This document shows positions 8,721 to 18,157 of a stretch of 37,364 nt of DNA, one piece after another. Source of the DNA: a virus (lineage: Duplodnaviria; Caudoviricetes); the IMG/VR virus record IMGVR_UViG_3300017783_000075, positions 1 to 37,364 of that record. The stretch is one strand, 5' to 3'. Under the pieces are notes generated by a model, which searched no databases, was not told where the DNA came from, and was given only the letters and a program-made list of their open reading frames with translations. Every line of letters starts with the position of its first letter. Positions within the stretch are counted from its first letter, which is position 1. The translations under genes and the position numbers were made by a program.

Positions 8721-8773
8721 AAGCCCTCACACTAGAGTACAATCTTCAAGTAGTAGACCAATGTGAGGGATGT

Positions 8774-9157
8774 ATGTATCATACATACCCATATAAAGCT
8801 CGTATTCCTATCGTAATCGAGGGGAAATATGAAACACGAACATTCTCATCTAAAAGTGATGTTAATAACGTAATTGCTCTATTAATAGAAGAAGTAAAAG
8901 AAAGAAACAAAGAGGGTAGAAGTTTTAATGTGGCTGAGTCCGTAGTAAAACAACTACCCTTTTTTACTTGCCCGAATGTCTTATTAGACAAACAAGCTCA
9001 GAAAGATATATCTAGGTATCTATATTCAAGTAATTTTGGTGTCTTGCCTTACAGTGGTTCATATGGCAGTCATCCAAATAAGTGGATAGAAAAAAGTTTC
9101 TTAATAAAAAATATAATAGATCGTAAAAAATCAGAGGCAGTCAACAATGGCAGATAA
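8774..9157 (+). CDS. Tail assembly chaperone C-terminal part (gpT-like; likely made as a G-T fusion from 8457)
   Basis: -1 frame relative to the upstream ORF, open back to the slippery site, precedes tape measure. Confidence 0.65.
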   Translation: MYHTYPYKARIPIVIEGKYETRTFSSKSDVNNVIALLIEEVKERNKEGRSFNVAESVVKQLPFFTCPNVLLDKQAQKDISRYLYSSNFGVLPYSGSYGSHPNKWIEKSFLIKNIIDRKKSEAVNNGR

Positions 9158-11534
9158 TATAGTAAAAATTAAATTTAAAGCGGAAGGCAAAGAGTTAGTA
9201 GATACACTTAAAAAGCTAGACTCTATTCAAAGACAGTTAACGCAGACTCAACAAAGCTTAGTAAATGTTGGTAAAAAAGTAACAAAAATGAATGATAGTC
9301 ATGTTAAAGATTATCAAAAACACGCTGAAGCTCAGGGTAAAAGAAATCAGCAAATAGCAAAACTTAGAAGATCATTAAAGGCTTTAGGTAGTGATTTTAA
9401 AAAAGCTGGTGTGTCTAATAAAGTACACACTGACGCAATTAAAGGAAATAGATTAGCATTAGCTAAATTAAATATATTAACTAAAAGACATATCACGACA
9501 ATGAAAGAACAGCAGGGCGGTATCTTTGGGTTAATTGGTGGTAATAGATTGCTTGGAGGTTCTTTTGCGGTACTAAGATCTAAATTACTACTCATGAGTT
9601 TTGCAGGTACATTAGTTGGCTCTACAATAGGCAGACTAGCTAGGCAATTTGGAGTACAGGAAGATGCTGAAAAAGATTTATCTACTCAATTAGGACATAC
9701 TAATCAAAAATTACTAGAACAAGCCTCTGAACTTCAAAGAATTACTACACATGGAGATGAAGCACTATTAGTAGTAATGAGATTTGCCTCTACTTTAGGA
9801 ATACAAGAAAAAAACTTATTTAAAGTAACTAAAGCATCGATAGGCTTATCGGAAGCATATGGCATAGACCTTAAACAATCTACAAGAATGTTAGCTAATG
9901 CGACTAGTGGCAATACGGAAATGTTGCAAAGATATATTCCTGAATTAAAAAATACTAAATCAGAATCTGAAAAATTAGCCCTTATTAGTGAAAAGGTTAC
10001 AGAAGGTTTTAAACTACATATTGAAAAAGTTGGTACTTTAAATTTTGCTTTAGATCAAATGAGCAATTCAACAGGAGATGTTGCAGAAAAATTAGGACAA
10101 GTACTAGCACCTGCTGTTATATTCTCAGCAGAAAAAATGCAAGAATATGCTGATACTTTTGACGAAGCAAAAGTTAAAAGATATTCATTGATTATATCTA
10201 GCATGGCAACTGTATTTGTAGGTTATAGAGCAGTAGTTATAGCCTCTACTATAGCTAATAAGGGATTTTCAGCAAGTTTAACTAAAACAGGTCTTGGGGC
10301 TATAGTAGTAGTTGCAGGTGTTTTTATTGAAAAATTATTAGAGATGGCAGGAGCTTTTGAAACAGTTACTTCTGATTCAGACAGTTTTAATGAATCTCAA
10401 AAAATAACTAATAAATTAACAAAGTCACAAATTGATAATATTGAAAAATTACGACAGCTTTCAGAAAATAGAAAAAAATCTATTGACAATGAAATAACTT
10501 CATTATTATTGCAAGAAGCTGAACTTCTTGACTTAGATGAAATACAGCAACAATATATTAAACATGGCTTTGAATTTGTTGAAGATAATCGTAAAAAAGT
10601 AGAATCATTAATTGTTATAAAGAAAAGAGTTGAAGAATTAAAAGAGGCAGAAAAAGAAAAGTTAGAAGCAGATAAACAACAAGCTCGTGATAAGAAAAAA
10701 ATAAATGATGATTTATTAAAAGCTGAGAAAAAATTCTACGATGATCAAAAAGAAGCTAGGGCAACAGTCCTAGAGGATAGCCTATCTTTTCAATTTCAAG
10801 AATTAGAACTTCAAACAGCTAGATATAAGCAGTTATTTGAAGGAGCTGAAGCAAGATTAGCTATTGATGAGTTTGAAAGAAATAAAAAAAGAGAGTTAGC
10901 TACATCAAAGCTAGAAGAAGATAGTGCTTTATATAACGCATCTCTAAGCTCTTACGATGCTTTTATTCAGGGGATGATGGATAAAGATATGAACCATCTC
11001 CAAACAAAACAAGCTATGGAAAATGCATTTAAAGAGTCATTAATTAGATTTCTTGCAGACCTAATTAAAGAGCAAGTAAAAGCATTTTTAATAGAAAAAA
11101 CTATTAGAAAAGCTAGTGACAAAGCAACTGAAAAAGATGCTATGGTTAGTGGAGCAAGAATATTTGCTTCTTATTCGGGAGCGGCAAAAGTTAAATCATT
11201 AGCAACTAGTGGGGCTAATGCAATATCGGCTGGGATAGCTACTAAAGCGTTTGATCAGCAGGTAGACTCTATGCAAAAATTTGAACAAGGTGGTTTAATA
11301 GGGGGTAGAAGGCACTCTCAAGGTGGTACTGTTATAGAAGCAGAGCAAGGTGAGTTTGTAATGAATAGAAATGCCGTAGAATCTATTGGGCTAGAGCAAT
11401 TAGCACAGATGAATCAGACAGGTAGTTCTGGTGTCACTATTAATATACAAGGCAATATGGTAGGTAATGAAGAATTTGTTAGAGATACTTTGATACCAGA
11501 AATAAATAATACAGTCAAACAAGGACTAGCATAA
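9147..11534 (+). CDS. Tail tape measure protein
   Basis: 795 aa, helical/coiled-coil and Ala/Gly-rich segments. C-terminal FEQGGLIGG..EAEQGEFVMNRNAV motif is typical of tape measure proteins. Confidence 0.9.
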   Translation: MADNIVKIKFKAEGKELVDTLKKLDSIQRQLTQTQQSLVNVGKKVTKMNDSHVKDYQKHAEAQGKRNQQIAKLRRSLKALGSDFKKAGVSNKVHTDAIKGNRLALAKLNILTKRHITTMKEQQGGIFGLIGGNRLLGGSFAVLRSKLLLMSFAGTLVGSTIGRLARQFGVQEDAEKDLSTQLGHTNQKLLEQASELQRITTHGDEALLVVMRFASTLGIQEKNLFKVTKASIGLSEAYGIDLKQSTRMLANATSGNTEMLQRYIPELKNTKSESEKLALISEKVTEGFKLHIEKVGTLNFALDQMSNSTGDVAEKLGQVLAPAVIFSAEKMQEYADTFDEAKVKRYSLIISSMATVFVGYRAVVIASTIANKGFSASLTKTGLGAIVVVAGVFIEKLLEMAGAFETVTSDSDSFNESQKITNKLTKSQIDNIEKLRQLSENRKKSIDNEITSLLLQEAELLDLDEIQQQYIKHGFEFVEDNRKKVESLIVIKKRVEELKEAEKEKLEADKQQARDKKKINDDLLKAEKKFYDDQKEARATVLEDSLSFQFQELELQTARYKQLFEGAEARLAIDEFERNKKRELATSKLEEDSALYNASLSSYDAFIQGMMDKDMNHLQTKQAMENAFKESLIRFLADLIKEQVKAFLIEKTIRKASDKATEKDAMVSGARIFASYSGAAKVKSLATSGANAISAGIATKAFDQQVDSMQKFEQGGLIGGRRHSQGGTVIEAEQGEFVMNRNAVESIGLEQLAQMNQTGSSGVTINIQGNMVGNEEFVRDTLIPEINNTVKQGLA

Positions 11535-14368
11535 TGGCTTACAGCTCTTCATCTAAAGAAAATTGGTTATTTGATTTTTACAATCAAGATTCATACCTTG
11601 ATTTTGATGGAGTTAATGACTATGTTGATTTAGGAGGGACAACAAGTACTTCTCCCATTAGTGTAGCGGGTAATGGTTCAATAGCCTTTTGGATTAACTT
11701 TCCAGTTTTAGGGGCACAAGAAGATATATTTTATAATAATTCTCAAGATTCAAACTACTCAGGGGTTATGATTGCTAAGGGCTCTGATAATAAAATAGCA
11801 ATTACTTGGGGAGATACAGGTGGGGCGGGATCAAGTAATAGGGAAACTATGATTAGCGGGACTACCCTTGAGGTAAATAAATGGTATTTTGTAGTCATTG
11901 CAACTAATTTTGAGTCTAGTGATGCACTTAGAAATTCTAATTGTAAAATTTATATTAATGGGGATGCTAGTGGAAATGTCACTAATAGTGGTACTTCAGA
12001 TGAGAATGCTCCAATTTATAGCCCTAATGGGGTTGCTTATATCGGGAAAGAAACGATTGGAAGTGATGCATATGGCAGATTTAAAATGAGAAGCCTAGCG
12101 GTTTATAATGTTTTTTTAAATCAAACTAATGTTAATTCTTTATACAATAGTGGTAACTATATAAACTTTAATGAAGTAAGACCAGACGATATAGTAGCTT
12201 ACTATAAATTTAATGGTAGCATTACAGCTACGGATTTAATTAATTCTCAACATGGTAAAGTTAGAGGAGCTACATATGCAGGTTCAAACTTACATTTATC
12301 ATTAGATGATACATCTTATAATGACAATTTTTATTATGGGGTGATTAAAAATAAACCATCTATTAGGGAGTCAATAGATTTATCCTCTTCTAAATCAAAA
12401 AAATCTAATATAAGTGTTAGTATACCTGACTTTACATACAAAGGAAGTCCAATATCAGAAGAACTTTTTGGCAATGGTGTATATTTAAATTATGATGTTA
12501 AAGTTTATACTAAATTACAAAATGATGCCCCATTACTTATTGGATGTTTTAGGTTAGCCGATGTTTCTACTAATGGTGACTCATTATCTTTAGCATTAAA
12601 CTCTTTTAATCCTTGGGACGATATAACATTTCCACAAGAAAGACATTCTCAGCAAGGTATATATGCACCAACTGCTTATGGTGATTATGAACATGGAGTA
12701 TTTGGGGGAGATGCTTCTTACATGGGTGTTTATCCTGTTCCTGTTCTTTCTGCTAACAGGAAGCAGTATAGCTGTGTAGTCCCTAGATCGTATTCTGCTA
12801 ACTCTAATAGTCACTTACATTATTATGCTGGGTTTAATTGGTTTTGTGCTGTGAATGACGGAAGCCACAATCATCCAGCAACAGCAATAGAAGGCGGTGT
12901 TAATATTTTTAATTCACCAACATCACATAGGGCTAATGGCTATATAAGACCACAAAATTCAACACATGAAGCAACCGAGGGTGGTACAGTAACATATTTT
13001 ACAGACTCATTAAATACTTTTACATATAATTCGTTTAATGGGGGTGCTAATACGAGTGTATTTGGATTTGCAGATATAAATAACACTAGTGACAATAGAT
13101 ACTTAGTAGTAAAGACTCCATCTAGAAAATTTGAAATAACATTAATTAAGGGATTTAAAGTTCAATACAGAGTCTTTCTAGATGATGGGGCTGGAGAACA
13201 TCAAAGATATTTTATAGATGCTTTTAGTAATGAGTATGATCCAAGTGCGGATGACTTAAGAGATAGTCCTCTTGAAAAAATTATATCTAGTACATCTATT
13301 AGTAATCACACTATCCTTTTTGATTCATCCCCTGATAATGCAACGCTAAATAGTATAGATGGCTGTGTTTGCCCTGACGAATTGCTTTTAAAATTTGATC
13401 CTTCTACTCAAAGCGGAAACACACATGAAGACCATCAGCTTAATATATATGATATACAATTACTATATGAAGTAAGGTTTGATTTTAATGTAGATGATGG
13501 GAAAAAGTTAGAAGATTTAACTTATTTTTATTGTGGTGGGAACGGATTAACCCATACTATTACAGGGTTAGCTGGAAATAATATTACCGAAATCCATGAA
13601 GCACATTTAGATTTAATGAGTAGGTATGCAGGTTTAGATGTACAAACTAACCCTGCTACTGATATTATAGGTTGGGGAAATGGAAGTAACGATAACAAGT
13701 TAGATCATTTAAAAGACTGGAAAATAAGATACTGGGAATTAAACCCAGTAAGCTTGAGTAAATCATTAGAAAAACTACAATATGAAGGTGGTTTTATATT
13801 TAGATTCAGAAGAGGTAATTTAAATGAACCTGAGTATATTTTTATTAAAGATAGTTACTCATCTTCAGATGTGAACATAACGCTATCTAAATATGATTTA
13901 AAAGATATTCAAATTAACCCCGATACTTTTAGCTCTATTGCTACAAAAAAGAATATTAGCTATAAAAAACACCCAGATCCTTCAAAAAGCAACTACGCTG
14001 TTTTAAAAAACTGTTTTAATACAACATCTAAAGCTGAGTATGTAATTAATTCAAAAGAAAATAAAAAAGATATTAAACTAGATGCTTATGTTGCTCCAGA
14101 AATACCTGCATCTCCGTCATCAACTCCAAATGATGATTTTTATAGCTACTATAATAAAATTGATGGAGAAATTAGATTAAACGCATCATCTCAAATTATT
14201 AACCCTAAATATTTTGATATTAACCTAGGTGAGATAGTTCAGTTTAGTGATATGTACCCAAAAAAAGCATTTAATAAATCATTCACTAATATGATTTTTA
14301 TGATAACTTCAATAACAAGAACAGTTGGAGTATTAAAATTTACAGCTAGAGAAATAGGAGCAATTTAA
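11534..14368 (+). CDS. Tail tip/hub protein with an inserted LamG domain
   Basis: YLDFDGVNDYVD..SIAFWI..WYFVV..IYING..IVAYYKFNG near the N-terminus. Follows tape measure. Confidence 0.7.
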   Translation: MAYSSSSKENWLFDFYNQDSYLDFDGVNDYVDLGGTTSTSPISVAGNGSIAFWINFPVLGAQEDIFYNNSQDSNYSGVMIAKGSDNKIAITWGDTGGAGSSNRETMISGTTLEVNKWYFVVIATNFESSDALRNSNCKIYINGDASGNVTNSGTSDENAPIYSPNGVAYIGKETIGSDAYGRFKMRSLAVYNVFLNQTNVNSLYNSGNYINFNEVRPDDIVAYYKFNGSITATDLINSQHGKVRGATYAGSNLHLSLDDTSYNDNFYYGVIKNKPSIRESIDLSSSKSKKSNISVSIPDFTYKGSPISEELFGNGVYLNYDVKVYTKLQNDAPLLIGCFRLADVSTNGDSLSLALNSFNPWDDITFPQERHSQQGIYAPTAYGDYEHGVFGGDASYMGVYPVPVLSANRKQYSCVVPRSYSANSNSHLHYYAGFNWFCAVNDGSHNHPATAIEGGVNIFNSPTSHRANGYIRPQNSTHEATEGGTVTYFTDSLNTFTYNSFNGGANTSVFGFADINNTSDNRYLVVKTPSRKFEITLIKGFKVQYRVFLDDGAGEHQRYFIDAFSNEYDPSADDLRDSPLEKIISSTSISNHTILFDSSPDNATLNSIDGCVCPDELLLKFDPSTQSGNTHEDHQLNIYDIQLLYEVRFDFNVDDGKKLEDLTYFYCGGNGLTHTITGLAGNNITEIHEAHLDLMSRYAGLDVQTNPATDIIGWGNGSNDNKLDHLKDWKIRYWELNPVSLSKSLEKLQYEGGFIFRFRRGNLNEPEYIFIKDSYSSSDVNITLSKYDLKDIQINPDTFSSIATKKNISYKKHPDPSKSNYAVLKNCFNTTSKAEYVINSKENKKDIKLDAYVAPEIPASPSSTPNDDFYSYYNKIDGEIRLNASSQIINPKYFDINLGEIVQFSDMYPKKAFNKSFTNMIFMITSITRTVGVLKFTAREIGAI

Positions 14369-14369
14369 A

Positions 14370-15473
14370 ATGGCAAATATGAATATCAGAACCCCAAGGT
14401 TTTATATAGATTACATTAACTTTATGAGTAGTAGGGACTCTGCTGGGGGACACTACGGAATAGAAACTTCAAATAGTACAGGTGAGCAAATAGATGTAGT
14501 AACAGGTAATAATGTTGCTGAACTTTATGATATGAAACCTTTAAATCAAGTAGAGTTCAATACAACAGGTAATACAGATGGTCATGTAAACTTATGGATT
14601 GATTTTAAATCCAATGCTTTTAATGTAGATTTTATTGCAATATTAAATCATAACTGTCAAAGAGCAGATGCTAAAATAAGAGTAAGTAGCTCAAATACAT
14701 TTGATGATGTAAAAACTGTAGACCATACTGGTTCTGATAATACTGAGGGCAGTAATGTTTTAACTGAAATTTTAGGCTCAGGGGCTATAATTAATAATAA
14801 AGCGTTTATGGTTGATGCAAGTGATCACTCTTGGGGTAAGGGACATACAATATTCACTATGCCACAACATGGAGATGATGACAGGTATTTTGGAATACAA
14901 TTTGAAGGCACAAATGGCTTAACAGGTGGAAGTGTTGCTCAAGATAATGGGACTTTTAGTACTGACCATAATCTAAGAATTGGTTCTATACTTTTAGGGC
15001 AATTTTATGATATGCCTCAAAGCCCAGATTTATCAGTAAAGAGATCGATTTCATTTGATGGGGTAAATATACAAGAGTCGTTAGGTGGACAAAAATATGC
15101 TACTATGACAAATCATGGAAGAAAAAATATTGTAGATGATAATAAAAGCCCATTTCATACATACTTTAATTCATTTGGTGCTTATGGAGGTAGAGTGTCT
15201 TACGATATGAAATTTAGTTATATTAGCTCTACTGATTTAATGCCTGACAACTATAATGAATTTCAAAACTCGGATAGTGCTATAGTTGAAGATATGTGGA
15301 ATAAAACAAATGGTAGCCATATTCCATTTATATTTACACAAGATGGTTCAGCATCTTTACCACATAGTGAAGCTGATTACTTATTTGCTAGATTTGCTCA
15401 AAACAGTTTATCTATGACTCAGGTAGCACCTGATGTATTTGATGTATCTATGAAGATTGAAGAAGAGTTTTAG
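14370..15473 (+). CDS. Minor tail/tail-tip structural protein
   Basis: Last gene of the tail operon; DFIAILNHN and LRIGSILLGQFYD beta-rich motifs. Confidence 0.55.
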   Translation: MANMNIRTPRFYIDYINFMSSRDSAGGHYGIETSNSTGEQIDVVTGNNVAELYDMKPLNQVEFNTTGNTDGHVNLWIDFKSNAFNVDFIAILNHNCQRADAKIRVSSSNTFDDVKTVDHTGSDNTEGSNVLTEILGSGAIINNKAFMVDASDHSWGKGHTIFTMPQHGDDDRYFGIQFEGTNGLTGGSVAQDNGTFSTDHNLRIGSILLGQFYDMPQSPDLSVKRSISFDGVNIQESLGGQKYATMTNHGRKNIVDDNKSPFHTYFNSFGAYGGRVSYDMKFSYISSTDLMPDNYNEFQNSDSAIVEDMWNKTNGSHIPFIFTQDGSASLPHSEADYLFARFAQNSLSMTQVAPDVFDVSMKIEEEF

Positions 15474-15810
15474 TGTCAGGTATAACAATATTAAGGTCTA
15501 AGGCAGACCATCTTATTATACGCTCTATAAACTTAGCAAACTCTTTTGTAGATAATGTTTTAGTGCTGTCAACATCAAAGTGGGTTTTTATTGTTGAATG
15601 CATTTCTTGATCTGTATATCCTAAATCTTCTGCTATTATATTAACAATCTTCCAATAATAATTATTCTGTTGGGCAGAGCGAACTCCTGTTTCATTGAGT
15701 TCTAGATAATACTCGCCTGAAAGGTTAGCTACAGCATTATCAAACTCTGCCCTGTTTAGGAGGGTTAATTTACCATTCTCTATCTTGCAGGGGAATCGCA
15801 ATCTAGACAT
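15448..15810 (-). CDS. ninB: NinB-like recombination protein
   Basis: RSAQQNNYYWKIV..STKTLSTKEFAKFIERI..IVIPD, matching the RSxxQN / STxxL motifs of NinB/Orf family. Confidence 0.7.
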   Translation of the reverse strand: MSRLRFPCKIENGKLTLLNRAEFDNAVANLSGEYYLELNETGVRSAQQNNYYWKIVNIIAEDLGYTDQEMHSTIKTHFDVDSTKTLSTKEFAKFIERIIRWSALDLNIVIPDTKTLLQSS

Positions 15811-16028
15811 ATCTTCTCATCCCATAGTTTAGCATCGGGGCTACTCCACATTTTACCCTCAAATATATTCCACTTCTTCTGGCATTTAGGACACCAGAAT
15901 AATGATTCATCAGCTCTAATCTCATCTGTTTTATGATTCTCTCTAGTTCTTTTTTCTATAATAGGGCTATCGAGAGCATCGATAACCCATTGAATAGAGT
16001 CAATCTTTCTTGTTTTGTTCTTCGACAA
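15780..16028 (-). CDS. Hypothetical Zn-ribbon protein
   Basis: WCPKCQKKW and ICLDC Cys pairs. Confidence 0.55.
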   Translation of the reverse strand: MSKNKTRKIDSIQWVIDALDSPIIEKRTRENHKTDEIRADESLFWCPKCQKKWNIFEGKMWSSPDAKLWDEKICLDCDSPAR

Positions 16029-16320
16029 TTATTCCACCTAGCAACAATAAATAGTTTCTTGCATCTTGAATCCTGCCGATTATTGGTTCTTCTGATACTT
16101 CCTTACCATTAAGCACATAGTTTCTAATAGAATCCATATGCTTTAGTAAGTATATTAAGGCAATATGCTGAGTCTCTAAGTTCATTCGATCTGCAATACT
16201 CTTGAAATTTTTGAACTTATCCTCATCAGAAACAGTATACTCTTCGCCTTTAACGAGCATAAGTCTATTCTCTTCCTTTTGCATAGACTCTGCCCATTTC
16301 ATAAAATCAGGTACTTTCAT
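16000..16320 (-). CDS. Nucleotide-modification-associated/MazG-like all-alpha protein
   Basis: KGEEY..KNF..LKHMDSI..EPIIGRIQDARNYLLLL resembles the KxxDY..NF..D(L/A)xNY pattern of Nmad1/DUF1599-type proteins. Confidence 0.55.
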   Translation of the reverse strand: MKVPDFMKWAESMQKEENRLMLVKGEEYTVSDEDKFKNFKSIADRMNLETQHIALIYLLKHMDSIRNYVLNGKEVSEEPIIGRIQDARNYLLLLGGIIVEEQNKKD

Positions 16321-16520
16321 TCTTCTTCTTCCATGTACTTATTATAGTCCTCTACTCTTTCAATACTGATAGTATTATGAGTAAACTCATTATTCTTACC
16401 AAAATATTCTTCTGCTATTATTGCATAAACATCATCATTTATGTTCCAACCTAACTCTGTAATAATATCATTGGGAATATTAACCTTATAGTTACCAGTA
16501 CCCCTTAGCTTATAACTCAT
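16317..16520 (-). CDS. AbrB/MazE-like small DNA-binding protein
   Basis: GNYKVNIPNDIITELGWNINDDV swapped-hairpin signature. Confidence 0.55.
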   Translation of the reverse strand: MSYKLRGTGNYKVNIPNDIITELGWNINDDVYAIIAEEYFGKNNEFTHNTISIERVEDYNKYMEEEE

Positions 16521-16633
16521 TTACTCCTCCAGTATACCCATTTAGATTTAGTTGTTTCCCACATTCCTTCTTGCCATAGCTTACTATTGTAAACTACCAA
16601 GACTAGTACAAATGCTAACATTAGTTCTACCAT
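16517..16633 (-). CDS. Small membrane-anchored peptide (38 aa)
   Basis: Not in ORF track. MVELMLAFVLVLVVYNSKLWQEGMWETTKSKWVYWRSK; AGGAG RBS, ATGA overlap. Confidence 0.55.
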   Translation of the reverse strand: MVELMLAFVLVLVVYNSKLWQEGMWETTKSKWVYWRSK

Positions 16634-16659
16634 TTTATCTCCTTTTTTATTTTAATATT

Positions 16660-16736
16660 TTGCCCCATGAACGCCAATTCACTTTAGTCAAACAGTCTTA
16701 TTCAAACCACTGTTTATTATTTAAGTTAAGGGGCAA
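16660..16736. ncRNA. Candidate structured intergenic RNA (three-stem junction)
   Basis: Outer stem ttgcccc(16660-16666)/ggggcaa(16730-16736); inner hairpins aaacagt(16690-16696)/actgttt(16709-16715) and atgaa(16667-16671)/ttcac(16678-16682). Confidence 0.35.
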
Positions 16737-16739
16737 TAA

Positions 16740-16964
16740 TTACTCGTCATATTGTTTAGCCATTTCATCTACACACTCATCACATACTTCATAGCTACAA
16801 ATTGTACAAGATTTTAATTCTTCTATGTCTCTGATAACATCATCTACTATTTCACTAATCTTTTCTATATGTTTTTTTAACCCTGCTTTAGAGTAATCAG
16901 ACATTTCCATCTCTGTATAACTCCAGATGCTAGTAACTTTATTTTTAATATTTGTTAAGCTCAT
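16740..16964 (-). CDS. Hypothetical protein with CxxC motifs
   Basis: GGAGG RBS; CTIC..CDEC. Confidence 0.6.
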   Translation of the reverse strand: MSLTNIKNKVTSIWSYTEMEMSDYSKAGLKKHIEKISEIVDDVIRDIEELKSCTICSYEVCDECVDEMAKQYDE

Positions 16965-16973
16965 TTAATCCTC

Positions 16974-17336
16974 CTAAAAATCAAATTCTGTTTGCCTTAG
17001 CCTAGTGATAATCTCCTCATAATCACTATCTAAGAACTTCACTACTTTATTCTTACGTTCTTTAACAGTCTCGTACCATTGGATGCCACGCTTTTCTATT
17101 GCCCATTCTACAAACTCGGCAGGAGTTTTATGAGCAGAGAAATTGGAGGAGAACACATGACATCCAACGCAGAGACAAAAACCATTATCAACATCCCAAC
17201 GGACAGACCTAATAGACCTTGAGTAAAAGTGGTGTGCGTTGAGAGGCTTCGTCTTACTACAGTGTTCACACATCCCATATTCTTTTACCTTGTCTGCCCA
17301 TGCTTTATCTAACTTTTTTGATAATGATCTTTTCAC
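16974..17336 (-). CDS. ninG: NinG/Rap-like HNH-type nuclease
   Basis: KKLDKAWA..CEHC..AHHFYSR..VRWDVDNGFCLCVGCH. Confidence 0.7.
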   Translation of the reverse strand: MKRSLSKKLDKAWADKVKEYGMCEHCSKTKPLNAHHFYSRSIRSVRWDVDNGFCLCVGCHVFSSNFSAHKTPAEFVEWAIEKRGIQWYETVKERKNKVVKFLDSDYEEIITRLRQTEFDF

Positions 17337-17342
17337 AGATAA

Positions 17343-17861
17343 CTAAAAAGGCATCCCATCTTGTGGAGCATCAGAATTAGTTAAATGTTTAACTTTTTCT
17401 TCAGACTCTAAAATGGAAAGTAATGTTTGCATATTCGTATCTATTGTAACCATATCAGTATCGCTTAACATATCACCTTTCTTAACACCAAATAACTCAA
17501 CAGCTAACTTCAAGCATACCTGCTTATGTATGTCGTGAGTTCTATTATCTACAGTTGTAGATGTAGCTACAGGAGCTACAGCTTGAGGCTGAGTTCCTTC
17601 TAAAGGCTGAACTGTCCAAGCTGATTTCCCAGGAGCATACTCTTCTTTAGTAATACTAACCTTAGCACCCTGCCCATAAACAGATAATTTCTTATGTAGT
17701 GCATCTGTAGCAAAGAAACCTGTTTCTATGCCATCTTTCCTAACACCATACAGATACCAATTACCATAAGAATTAGTCCCTTCTTTAGGCTGTGGGTATA
17801 GTAACTCTACTACATTTGGGTTGGTTGGGTTTAATTTAAACGTATCTTTATTTTGATCCAT
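17343..17861 (-). CDS. Putative single-stranded DNA-binding protein
   Basis: Beta-rich N-terminus and acidic-aromatic C-terminal tail (DAPQDGMPF) typical of SSBs; in the replication cluster. Confidence 0.5.
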   Translation of the reverse strand: MDQNKDTFKLNPTNPNVVELLYPQPKEGTNSYGNWYLYGVRKDGIETGFFATDALHKKLSVYGQGAKVSITKEEYAPGKSAWTVQPLEGTQPQAVAPVATSTTVDNRTHDIHKQVCLKLAVELFGVKKGDMLSDTDMVTIDTNMQTLLSILESEEKVKHLTNSDAPQDGMPF

Positions 17862-18126
17862 TATTTTTACTCTCCTTTATTTGTACTATTGTTTTTACTG
17901 TTTCTGTTAAGTCTCTTTCTGTGACTACTTCATCTTTGTTTGTATCTTTAACCACTATACTTGCACACTCTATATAGGGATGTCTAGACTCAAACTCTAT
18001 CAAATGCTCTTGAACTCCTTCTACTAAGTCTGACATTGTAAACCTAGTTATAGTTCTTTCGCCTTGAGTTTGGTCATCAAAACCATCCCATGCTATTGTA
18101 GCCCAATATATATCGTTTGTTTTCAT
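17848..18126 (-). CDS. Hypothetical protein
   Basis: 92-aa ORF with AGGAG RBS. Confidence 0.6.
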   Translation of the reverse strand: MKTNDIYWATIAWDGFDDQTQGERTITRFTMSDLVEGVQEHLIEFESRHPYIECASIVVKDTNKDEVVTERDLTETVKTIVQIKESKNNGSK

Positions 18127-18157
18127 ATCTGATATTACTCCTTTATATCTATGCCAA

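Noticed and set aside
16660-16736. tRNA gene
   Set aside because: Multi-stem fold but no TTCRA T-loop, no D-loop GG and no 7-nt anticodon loop; kept only as a generic structured RNA candidate.
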